20,000 nt of DNA from an uncultured virus (IMG/VR IMGVR_UViG_3300049171_000081) (Duplodnaviria > Heunggongvirae > Uroviricota > Caudoviricetes), in the IMG/VR virus record IMGVR_UViG_3300049171_000081, positions 57,329-77,328 of that record. One strand, written 5' to 3'. The notes under the pieces were generated by a model. That model was not told where the DNA came from. It saw only the letters and a program-made list of their open reading frames with translations, and made no database searches. Of this stretch, positions 8,397 through 16,009 are shown piece by piece. Within the stretch, counting starts at the first letter, position 1. The number at the start of each line of letters is the position of its first letter. The translations under genes and the position numbers were made by a program.

Positions 8397-8687
8397 TCAC
8401 CCTTCGCGCTCCGGCCAATGCCAGGTCCCACCTCGACGATCTTTTGGTGCCTGTGAGCAGGTCTTTCCCCCGAGGGCCTCGTACTGGAAACACCCCCCTA
8501 CCGCCAGCGGATGAAGGAAGTCGCCGGTCGGATTGAATACATGCAGACCCACTTGCATCGGCTCTTCGGGGTTGACCTCGGTCACGATTGCCGACCGACA
8601 CGTCGCCACATACGCCTGAGTTCCATCTTCCCGGACAGGCGTGCCATGGGAAACGTAGTGAACTATGCGCCCAATGCTCGGATTCAC
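8397..8687 (-). CDS. Conserved actinophage hypothetical protein
   Basis: AGGAG SD. PSIGRIVHYV…AIVTEV…GTWHWP is a recognisable recurring phage motif. Confidence 0.85.
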   Translation of the reverse strand: MNPSIGRIVHYVSHGTPVREDGTQAYVATCRSAIVTEVNPEEPMQVGLHVFNPTGDFLHPLAVGGCFQYEALGGKTCSQAPKDRRGGTWHWPEREG

Positions 8688-8705
8688 CAGTTCAGCTCCT
8701 TTGCG

Positions 8706-9368
8706 TCAGCTAGCCAGCTTACGCGGTGGCTGAACTCGAAGAACCTCCCACAAAGGACTCTGTCCGGCCGCCCACATTGCCAGGGCATTCCGATCCACCA
8801 CATAGAGTCCGTGCGTCTGAGCGAACGTCCAGGCAGGTTTCGTGACCCGGCCGTTCGTCAACATCACCGGGATGTCCGCGCCGTGCACGGGTCGAGCGGT
8901 TCCGTTCAGGGTCTGCATGTCGTGACCACCCACGGGGGAGCCCTGGGCCCCCTGCCGACGGTGCTTGCACTGGATCACCCACCGACGACCGAACGGATCC
9001 GTGGCGATCACGTCGGCACCCTGATCTCCAGCGCCACCCACCCGTCGGGCATCCCGGCAGCCGTCTCGGAACATCAGATCCCGGACGGCATCCTCGAACT
9101 GACTGTGATGCAGGGAGTCCATCATTGTCAGCTCGTAGCGCAGGCCGCGCGCACGGACGCGGTCCCACTCCCTCTGCTGGTGTCGCAAATACCAGCGGGC
9201 CCCAACCACCCCGCCACCCACAAGCAAGGCGACGAGAATGATCCAGGGGCGCTCTGCGATCCACCGCAGAATCGCGATGACGACCACGACCCCCAGAACG
9301 AGAAGGGCTACGGCTCCGGAGTCGAACTGACCGGACTTGCGGCCCCGCCTGCGCTTCCTCTTCGTCAC
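8706..9368 (-). CDS. Membrane-anchored Mrr-like (PD-(D/E)xK) restriction endonuclease
   Basis: Two N-terminal hydrophobic helices, then the Mrr_cat pattern FEDAVRDL…GGAGDQGADVIA…VIQCK…LNGT…TNG. Confidence 0.9.
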   Translation of the reverse strand: MTKRKRRRGRKSGQFDSGAVALLVLGVVVVIAILRWIAERPWIILVALLVGGGVVGARWYLRHQQREWDRVRARGLRYELTMMDSLHHSQFEDAVRDLMFRDGCRDARRVGGAGDQGADVIATDPFGRRWVIQCKHRRQGAQGSPVGGHDMQTLNGTARPVHGADIPVMLTNGRVTKPAWTFAQTHGLYVVDRNALAMWAAGQSPLWEVLRVQPPRKLAS

Positions 9369-9625
9369 CGTCCACCTCCCGAGAGATCCACCGGATAGGA
9401 GACCTTCGGCATCGGGGGCGACGAGGGAAAGTTCTCCAGCTTGACCGGATAGACGGTCTGACCCCGAGGGGTGTTCGCCCTCCCGGGGCTGACACTGCTC
9501 ATCCCGATCACCAGCAGACCGATCGAGACGAAGATAGCCGCCTGTCGTTTACCTCCGGGCCAGTCGCGACTGTACGCGGCGACCTTCGTCCCACTGGCTT
9601 TGATGTGCGCCTTGACGCTTACCAT
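9365..9625 (-). CDS. Small membrane protein coupled to the Mrr-like gene
   Basis: N-terminal VSVKAHIKASGTKVAAYSR motif and one hydrophobic helix. GTGA overlap with 8706-9368. Confidence 0.7.
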   Translation of the reverse strand: MVSVKAHIKASGTKVAAYSRDWPGGKRQAAIFVSIGLLVIGMSSVSPGRANTPRGQTVYPVKLENFPSSPPMPKVSYPVDLSGGGR

Positions 9626-9717
9626 CGGACCCCCCAGACCCGAGTTGAACAGAATGGCAACGTTGAGTATCTCAGCAGTTCTTACGCAAGAACAGCGGAA
9701 TCTGGGGGTCCGAAGGT

Positions 9718-10281
9718 CTACTTCACTTCTTGCACCAAAATATCCCGATTCGTCCAGGACGTCTTACGCTGAAGGAGACGGAACTCGGTGCCGGACTTCC
9801 GAAGCTGGGGGAGCAGCAGCACGCCCTTCCTGACCTCTTCGTCGTCCTCGTTCATGTCGTCCGCGAGGAGCAGCGCCGGACGTGCAGCCAGCTTCAGCGC
9901 CAGCCGGTAGTCCTCCAGGACGACGTCGGCATCGTTCGCTCCGTCCAGGTAGAGGATGTCGAACTCGGCCTCCTGGGCGATCAAGTCCAGCATCCTGCTG
10001 TGCGAGTCCCCCTGGAGGAGGGTGCACGTGGAGATGCAGGACTTGCCGCGCTCCTCCATCACGCGCTGGGCGACCGAGGTGTCCAGGTCGATGCCGGTGT
10101 AGGTGCCGCCGTACTCCATGGCCAGCGTCATCAGCGCCGGAGTGGAGTGACCGTCCCCGTCCGCGTACTCGACGCGGGCGTCACGGATGACGCCGACTTC
10201 GAGAATTCGGGGCGAGGACTTGCCGGTGCGCCGGAGGAATTCCGGAATCTCCGTGCGGAATATGTCTTCGATCGTGGTCAC
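9718..10281 (-). CDS. Class I SAM-dependent methyltransferase-like protein (Methyltransf_24-like)
   Basis: Motif I ILEVG, YTGIDLD, LLQGDS, FDILYLDG and LLLADD. Confidence 0.85.
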   Translation of the reverse strand: MTTIEDIFRTEIPEFLRRTGKSSPRILEVGVIRDARVEYADGDGHSTPALMTLAMEYGGTYTGIDLDTSVAQRVMEERGKSCISTCTLLQGDSHSRMLDLIAQEAEFDILYLDGANDADVVLEDYRLALKLAARPALLLADDMNEDDEEVRKGVLLLPQLRKSGTEFRLLQRKTSWTNRDILVQEVK

Positions 10282-10297
10282 GGAAAAAGAGTACTTC

Positions 10298-10879
10298 TTA
10301 CTCGACTACCTCACCCTCAATGATGGGGCGAAGCTCCACCGGTCCGGCCCCTCCACCCATGGCGACAAGAGCGGCCGAGTTCTGTGCGATGGCATCAGCG
10401 GCCATGGCCGGGAAAGTCTGATTCCACATCTCCTCGACCGAGTCCCGGGCCTCGTCCGGAATGATTTCGATGATCTTCTCCAGCATCCCGACCCGGATCA
10501 CGTCGATACAGGTGGTCACAAGCTGGGTCTGCGCCTGGGTCAACCGAACCTGTTCATCGCGCAGACGGTCCTTCTTCAAGTCCATCAGTTCAGTGATCTC
10601 ACGGACTGTGTCGATCAAGTTCTTGACGTTGCGTCCCTGGGTGAGAAGGTCACCCGCCATCACCTGATTCCAGAGCGCGGTGATGACGTGCTCCAGACGT
10701 CGGAGCTGAAGCATGCGCATCTGAACGACGGACATGGACGTCGCCTGCTGCTCCAGGTACGCCGTCATCCGCTCGTGGACGGCCTCGATCTCCATGCCGA
10801 CACGGGCGGAGATCTGCGCCAGCGTCATGCCCTGAGCGGCGTAGTCCACCATGACTTCGGCGAGAGAGTCATGCGCCAT
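10298..10879 (-). CDS. Probable terminase small subunit (HTH plus helical oligomerisation region)
   Basis: GMTLAQISARVG HTH followed by LQLRRLEHVITALWNQVMAGD, resembling actinophage TerS. AAAGGA SD. Same strand as terL. Confidence 0.65.
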   Translation of the reverse strand: MAHDSLAEVMVDYAAQGMTLAQISARVGMEIEAVHERMTAYLEQQATSMSVVQMRMLQLRRLEHVITALWNQVMAGDLLTQGRNVKNLIDTVREITELMDLKKDRLRDEQVRLTQAQTQLVTTCIDVIRVGMLEKIIEIIPDEARDSVEEMWNQTFPAMAADAIAQNSAALVAMGGGAGPVELRPIIEGEVVE

Positions 10880-10968
10880 GAAGGATCCTTTCCGTCTGAC
10901 GAAGTACTTCTATTGTCAGACTCCTTGTCGTATGCTTGATGGACGGAAAGACTTCAGGAGGAGAAAAC

Positions 10969-11196
10969 GTGAGCAACAGCAAGCCCGGTCTCCACCGAGC
11001 GACCGTCAACTTCTCATCCCGTTCCTGGCAGGCAGTCGAGCACGCCATGGAACTGCGAGGAGACAGCCAGACCGAGGTCCTCAACTTGGCAGCACGGGTT
11101 CTCGACCACATCGAGACCCAGCAGCACACCCGAGGCAAGGTCCTCTTCTGGGGTGATCCGGACGGAAGCAACCTGGAGCGTCTTCACATTCTGTGA
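10969..11196 (+). CDS. Ribbon-helix-helix (CopG-like) DNA-binding protein
   Basis: AGGAGGAG SD before GTG 10969. Contains RATVNFS…AVEHAMELRGDSQTEVLNLA. Confidence 0.7.
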   Translation: MSNSKPGLHRATVNFSSRSWQAVEHAMELRGDSQTEVLNLAARVLDHIETQQHTRGKVLFWGDPDGSNLERLHIL

Positions 11197-11207
11197 AAGA
11201 CGGTCGG

Positions 11208-11399
11208 CTACCGGACACTACGCTTCCGAGGGATCGACGAGGACTCCCTGTCCTCGCGTCCCCGTCGATCCCTCTTCACCACCTGGATGCCATTCTGATA
11301 GATCGGGTGGTTGATGCCGTCCAGCAGGCGTTCGTACCAGTCGGCGACCATGTCGTTGTCCAGGTCCACCCGGATGACCAGTTCCTGCATGTCGCTCAC
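11208..11399 (-). CDS. Hypothetical protein
   Basis: GTGA overlap with the upstream stop and GGAGAA SD. Confidence 0.6.
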   Translation of the reverse strand: MSDMQELVIRVDLDNDMVADWYERLLDGINHPIYQNGIQVVKRDRRGREDRESSSIPRKRSVR

Positions 11400-12133
11400 T
11401 TCTCCGTTTCGTCGACGGACTTCAGGGCCTCTGGGGTCGTATCCCTCAGCGCGTCGCACATGCCGCAGGAGTAGGGGAGGTCCGTTCGGCCCTGAACCAG
11501 GCATTCCTCCAGGTGTCGCTGACGGACGAGAGTCAGAGTTCCCTCGGCCAAGCGGGCTCGCGACAGGAACTGATCTCGCTCCGCACGGGCGATGTCCCGC
11601 TGGGCGAACACCCCGACCCCCCGACCCGCCTCGTCACCAGCGATTTCCACCGGCACGTATGCAAGTCCGAGGCGCACTGCGATACGAAGTCGGTGATGGC
11701 CATCCCACAGTCGACCGTCCGACCCGATCAACACCGGCATGGTGATGCCGTTCTCCCGGATTCGTCGCTCCAGGGCGTCCAGATATCCGGTCTGGGCGTG
11801 ACGGCGGTCGAGATCGGCCCACTCCTCGGCCCACGACCAGTCCCGGGATCCGCACCGGACTTCGGAGAGGACTCGGTCCAGCGGCCATACTTCGAGGCGT
11901 ACGTTGGAAGATTTCTCGGAGTCTTCCGCTCGCCACTTTCGCAGGTTCTTGGCGTAGACCACTCCGTACGCCAACGCCGAGGCGATGAATCCGTACTGCT
12001 CGGTAGTCAGCGCGTAGGCCATCCACAGGGCCTGCGCTCCTAAGCCGACCGCCCAGCCCAGACGGTTCCGGCGACCTGCCAGGTACAGCCCGAAAACCCC
12101 CACTGCCGTGAGGAGCCAGCTCCAGAACTGCAT
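11396..12133 (-). CDS. PnuC-like membrane domain fused to ParB/Sulfiredoxin domain and a C-terminal CxxC segment
   Basis: The real start is at the TGATG overlap (12133). WSWLLTAVGVFGLYLAGRRNRLGW…QALW…QYGF…NLRKW is the short phage PnuC-like motif. LERRIRENGITMPVLI…LWDGHHRLRIAVRLG..VPV is ParB/Srx. Confidence 0.85.
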   Translation of the reverse strand: MQFWSWLLTAVGVFGLYLAGRRNRLGWAVGLGAQALWMAYALTTEQYGFIASALAYGVVYAKNLRKWRAEDSEKSSNVRLEVWPLDRVLSEVRCGSRDWSWAEEWADLDRRHAQTGYLDALERRIRENGITMPVLIGSDGRLWDGHHRLRIAVRLGLAYVPVEIAGDEAGRGVGVFAQRDIARAERDQFLSRARLAEGTLTLVRQRHLEECLVQGRTDLPYSCGMCDALRDTTPEALKSVDETEK

Positions 12134-13005
12134 CAGAAGGTGACACCTACCTCGGCCCAGGCATCCTTCACAGCCGGACCCATGTGGCCGCCGCCCGAGT
12201 GGTACCAGGTGCGGTATGCCATGTCGCGGAACGAGGCGTACGGGGTCATGTCGGCGAGAGCCTTCCGCCACATGGCCAGGGGGCGACCCCACGATTCTTC
12301 CCCGGTCGTCTCGCACAGCAGGGCGAAGGCCCGGTTCGGGATTCCGGAGTTGATGTGCACACCGCCGTCGTCGAAGGAGCCTTCGACGTAGTCCCTCATG
12401 TGTGCGGGCTGGGGGTCCTTGCCCATCGTGGGAGAGTCGTAGGCGGTACCGGGGTTCAGCATGTCCCGGACGCAGGTCGTTCCGTCGAGGAAGACTTCCT
12501 GTCCCATCTTCCAGTCGTGCGGGTTGCCGGAGAACTTCTGCTGGAGGCACACACCGAATACATCTGAGACGTGCTCGTTCAGCGCGCCGGACTGGGCTCG
12601 GTAGACCAGGTTCGGGCCGCGCGATACCAGGAAGTGTCCGAACTCGTGGGCGTAGACGTCCCGGGACTTGGTGAAATCACCGTAGATCTTGCCGTCCCCG
12701 GTGCCGAACACCAGGTAGGTGCCATCGAAGAAGGCGTTGGCGTAGTTCCTGCCGTAGTTGATGACGGCGTCGGGGCAGTCTTCGATTCCGAAGAGTTCCC
12801 AGGCTTCCTGCGAGTATTGCTCCAGACGCTCGGCCGCCTCGTCGGGAGAGTCCGCGCTCACCGGAACTCCGGGGAGTTTCGTCCGCCCGCGCGCATCGAA
12901 AATGTGAGTCGGTCCGTCGACAGAAGGATCCTCGGCTCGCCAGGTTCGAGGCTTGATGTGTTCCGGCTTTCCGCCAAGGTGAGGCGGTATGAAAAAGCAG
13001 GTCAT
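12133..13005 (-). CDS. M4-family zinc metalloprotease, protealysin-like
   Basis: NAFFDG, HEFGH (HExxH), GALNEHVSD, DDGGVHINSGIPN, and the N-terminal propeptide motif CFFIPPHL. Confidence 0.95.
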   Translation of the reverse strand: MTCFFIPPHLGGKPEHIKPRTWRAEDPSVDGPTHIFDARGRTKLPGVPVSADSPDEAAERLEQYSQEAWELFGIEDCPDAVINYGRNYANAFFDGTYLVFGTGDGKIYGDFTKSRDVYAHEFGHFLVSRGPNLVYRAQSGALNEHVSDVFGVCLQQKFSGNPHDWKMGQEVFLDGTTCVRDMLNPGTAYDSPTMGKDPQPAHMRDYVEGSFDDGGVHINSGIPNRAFALLCETTGEESWGRPLAMWRKALADMTPYASFRDMAYRTWYHSGGGHMGPAVKDAWAEVGVTF

Positions 13006-13117
13006 GCGAGGAGTTTACGAGTCTCGTGCAAAGAATGGTGAGTAAGGTCAACATGCCTTACCTGCTTGAGAGTTGCTCCCGAACCACGATAGACTTCAGA
13101 TACGGAGAGGGGGAGAA

Positions 13118-13630
13118 GTGAGCAAGAGAGGTCCGAACGGCGGCAAGCCGCAGTTCTTTCAGCCAGGAAGCGTCTTCGTTTCCTGGGTCATACGCGTCGG
13201 GCTTTTCGTGACGGCTCTCACTTGCATCCCCTTCTATCTCAGTTTCGAGGGCCCTCGGCAAACACTCGCTCCGGACTACGCGGCAACCGATCGCGCGATG
13301 CTGGTGTACCACTCGGGCGGTGAAGTCGATAAGTCGATCGAGCGTTCCGTCGAAGTGATCCTCTACAACGACACCTCGACCGCTTCAATTGCGGCGGGCG
13401 TCGAACCCATGGAGCGGCACACCGTGAAGATCGCCGCGAAGTGCATGGACGAGAACACCGTGATGCTCACAATCAGCTCGGACACTCTTGACCGCTGGAT
13501 CACGCTCGACGTGCAGGGTGTTCACGCCGAGGCTTCCGAGAGGATCGAGGCCAGTGGCGAAGGGTCATACGAAGTGGACATGACAACCTGCTCTCCTTCG
13601 GATCTGACCTTCATCCAGCAGGCACCCTGA
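13118..13630 (+). CDS. Membrane-anchored hypothetical protein
   Basis: GGGGAG SD before GTG 13118. Single N-terminal TM helix followed by a beta-rich domain. Confidence 0.75.
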   Translation: MSKRGPNGGKPQFFQPGSVFVSWVIRVGLFVTALTCIPFYLSFEGPRQTLAPDYAATDRAMLVYHSGGEVDKSIERSVEVILYNDTSTASIAAGVEPMERHTVKIAAKCMDENTVMLTISSDTLDRWITLDVQGVHAEASERIEASGEGSYEVDMTTCSPSDLTFIQQAP

Positions 13631-13660
13631 ACACCCCGCAAGCTCACTCTGGAGAACCTG

Positions 13661-13960
13661 ATGAACGACTTCGAGTGCCATCCGCAGTTCGGGTACACCC
13701 CGGTCACCTTCGAGGCACAAGGCTTCAGGGCGGTTCGATGGTTCGGGGAGGAGAACTGCAAGTACGTCTTCGCCTTCCTCGGCTTCGAGCACCCGGACGA
13801 CGAGCTGGACCACAGCCAAATCCACTTCAACTCCACCGACTCGCGCTCCGGAACCGTGACGGCCTACCCGGGGAACTGGATCGTGCGGGACGGCGCGGGT
13901 CTCCACCGTTACACCCATGAGGACTTTCTCAAGAAGGCCGGGATGGCAGATCGTGCCTGA
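13661..13960 (+). CDS. Conserved phage hypothetical protein
   Basis: GGAG SD. The AVRW…AYPGNWIVR…EDF motif is common in phage proteins. Confidence 0.75.
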   Translation: MNDFECHPQFGYTPVTFEAQGFRAVRWFGEENCKYVFAFLGFEHPDDELDHSQIHFNSTDSRSGTVTAYPGNWIVRDGAGLHRYTHEDFLKKAGMADRA

Positions 13961-14477
13961 GGTTCCCGACCCGTACGACGACAGCCGACTGGACGAGATG
14001 CTTCTCCGTCAGGAGAGGCCGAAGATCACGGGCGACGTCAGCGAAGCCCGGGTGGAGATGGAGAGGCTGGTTGTTCTCGGGCTCCTGAAGAGCATGTCTC
14101 CCCCTGAGGCCCGGGTGTGTGCGAAGGCGCTGGTCGGACAGTTCGAATACCGGGTCCGTCAGGACGCCGAGAAGAAGGCGTTGGCGGAGATTCGCGAAGA
14201 ACTCCGCGAGTGCGGCATCGAGTCGGCGTTCTTCCCGAGAAGGCTCACCTACACCGTGGTCGCACGGCGTACGGGGAACTGGTTCGCTCTTGAGGTGCCC
14301 GACCTTCCTGGCGTCTTCAGTCAGGTGAGGGAGATCGAACGGGCCAGCGGGGCTGCACGTCAAGCCATCTCCGCGATGCTTGACGTGGACGTGGACGAGA
14401 TCCGCGTCAAGGTCCAGCTCGCAAATTCCGAAGATGCGAGTGCCGAAGACTGCGACGAAAGTACACAGACAGGCTGA
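13953..14477 (+). CDS. Protein with C-terminal HicB-like antitoxin domain
   Basis: YTVVARRTGNWFALEVPDLPGVFSQ…ARQAISAML matches the HicB partial RNase H fold. The start is uncertain; GTG 13953 overlaps the previous stop. Confidence 0.75.
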   Translation: MPEVPDPYDDSRLDEMLLRQERPKITGDVSEARVEMERLVVLGLLKSMSPPEARVCAKALVGQFEYRVRQDAEKKALAEIREELRECGIESAFFPRRLTYTVVARRTGNWFALEVPDLPGVFSQVREIERASGAARQAISAMLDVDVDEIRVKVQLANSEDASAEDCDESTQTG

Positions 14478-14501
14478 CATGCCACACGGAAAGGAGACGG
14501 G

Positions 14502-14684
14502 ATGATGGATGGGATCAATCAGAGTGTCTTCTGGGAAGACTTCGCGGAGGACTTGCAGGAACCGGAAGTCCGCCGCATGTACGTATCGGAGTCCATCCGC
14601 ATCGCCGCCATCGACCAGGCAGTCAACGCCTCCGGCGGGGAGAACGGCAGTGGCTCGTCGAGGGTTGGTGACGCAGATCGATGA
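14502..14684 (+). CDS. Small acidic protein resembling the N-terminus of HigA-like antitoxins (no HTH)
   Basis: AAAGGAG SD. Contains FWEDFAEDLQEPEVRRMYVSESIRIAAID. ATGA coupling to the HIT gene. Confidence 0.6.
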   Translation: MMDGINQSVFWEDFAEDLQEPEVRRMYVSESIRIAAIDQAVNASGGENGSGSSRVGDADR

Positions 14685-15046
14685 AAAACCCCTGCATATT
14701 CTGCGAAATCGTCGCAGGCCGGGCTCCGGCCACCTTTGTGCAGAAGTGGGACGACGCCATCGCGATCGTTCCGCTGCACCCGGTTGTCGAGGGGCACACT
14801 CTCGTCATCCCGCGAGACCATGTCCAGGACTTCGGAACGGACCCCGACGTCTCCGCCCTGACGATGTACAGGGCTTCGGAGCTGGCGCAGGGCCCACAGC
14901 CGATGAACGTCATCACCTCCCGAGGGCGGGAGGCCACGCAGTCTGTCTTCCACCTGCATCTCCACCTCGTTCCGCGAACAGAGAACGACGGCCTCGCCCT
15001 GCCCTGGTTCAGTGGACGCCGGAAGAAAGGGAACCCTCATGTCTGA
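14681..15046 (+). CDS. HIT-family (histidine triad) nucleotide hydrolase
   Basis: CIFCEIV…P…GHTLVIP.DH…QSVFHLHLHLVPR. Confidence 0.95.
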   Translation: MKNPCIFCEIVAGRAPATFVQKWDDAIAIVPLHPVVEGHTLVIPRDHVQDFGTDPDVSALTMYRASELAQGPQPMNVITSRGREATQSVFHLHLHLVPRTENDGLALPWFSGRRKKGNPHV

Positions 15047-15311
15047 TCTGCATCTCGTCATCAGCCGACCCGCACCGGGGGAGTGGCTGGGGCGCATGGA
15101 CATCGTCGAGGCCCTGGAGGCGGCAGGCTGGCGGGGCGACGAAGACATGCCCCTCAGCGTCCTGCGTCACCCGTCCGGAGCGATCTGGGGTGTAACCGAC
15201 TCCGGTGACTCCGGGCTCGACTGTCCGAACGGCGCGGTCGTCAGTTTCCCGGCCGATACGCCTTCGATCGTGGTCATCGCGGCATGCCTGGCGTCGGTCG
15301 ACGTCGCCTGA
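15039..15311 (+). CDS. Hypothetical protein
   Basis: AAAGGG SD before ATG 15039. Overlaps the HIT stop. Confidence 0.7.
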   Translation: MSDLHLVISRPAPGEWLGRMDIVEALEAAGWRGDEDMPLSVLRHPSGAIWGVTDSGDSGLDCPNGAVVSFPADTPSIVVIAACLASVDVA

Positions 15312-15521
15312 TCAGAACAGAGTCGGCTGCTGAGGGTCGCTGGGGCGGAACAGGGCCTCGGCGACCCTCACGTGCTGCATGGACCCGGAGCACAGCTTGA
15401 GGTCCAATCGCTTCTTCTTGTGGTCGGCCACGCTGACCACTCCCGGACGCTTCGTCGGAGTTCCGCTCACACCCCGCTTGCATCCCGGGCAGACGACACG
15501 CGGATTCTTCGCCATTGCCAC
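15312..15521 (-). CDS. Small zinc-ribbon-like protein
   Basis: GGGGAGG SD before GTG 15521. Contains CPGC…H…CSGS. Confidence 0.7.
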   Translation of the reverse strand: MAMAKNPRVVCPGCKRGVSGTPTKRPGVVSVADHKKKRLDLKLCSGSMQHVRVAEALFRPSDPQQPTLF

Positions 15522-15617
15522 AGTCTGCACCCTCCCCGAATGGCCCATCCAGGCTGATTGCAGCCAAGTTGCCGGTCAACACCGGTATCGGCAAGTCTAC
15601 TTCAGCCGGGAAACGCG

Positions 15618-15656
15618 AAGCCCCGCCGCTAGGATCTCCCCCAGCGGCGGGGCTTT
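15618..15656. terminator. Intrinsic terminator-like hairpin
   Basis: 13-bp stem aagccccgccgct / agcggcggggctt, downstream of the stop at 15694. Confidence 0.8.
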
Positions 15657-15693
15657 GTCAGGCAACGGGGCCCGATGCGTTGATCGCGCGAAG

Positions 15694-15981
15694 TTACCGT
15701 ACCCCAAGCTCCCAGCGGACCTGGGCCCAGTCCACCTGGTCGAATGCCTCAGGTGTGAACCTCTGCTGCAAGTCGTAGAGGCTCGGGATCGCCGACCCCG
15801 GGACGTCGTTGGACGAGTGGGCCAGTCCGCACTGGTTGAGACGACAGCGCATCCACTCGGCCAACGTGACCTGCGACTCCTCCTCCCGCTGCACAACACA
15901 GCGAGCGACAGCAGCCACCTCCACGTCGTGCAGGAGCCAGGCGATCACTTGTGCGGTCGGTTCGTTCTGCATTTCAGGCAT
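15694..15981 (-). CDS. Hypothetical protein
   Basis: ATG 15981 follows a G10 tract. Contains NEPT..VIAWL…QVDWAQV. Confidence 0.7.
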   Translation of the reverse strand: MPEMQNEPTAQVIAWLLHDVEVAAVARCVVQREEESQVTLAEWMRCRLNQCGLAHSSNDVPGSAIPSLYDLQQRFTPEAFDQVDWAQVRWELGVR

Positions 15982-16009
15982 CTCGTTTCCCCCCCCCCTT
16001 CCGACGTGT

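Noticed and set aside
8706..10281. Type II restriction-modification pair (nuclease plus methyltransferase)
   Set aside because: The methyltransferase lacks DNA MTase catalytic motifs, and the nuclease is Mrr-type and membrane-anchored.
11600..11900. ParABS partition system
   Set aside because: Only the ParB/Srx N-domain is present, with no HTH and no parA in the window.
12134..12550. N-terminal 139 aa of track ORF 11396-12550
   Set aside because: It overlaps the M4 protease in another frame and has Arg/Pro-rich off-frame composition. The true start is the TGATG overlap at 12133.
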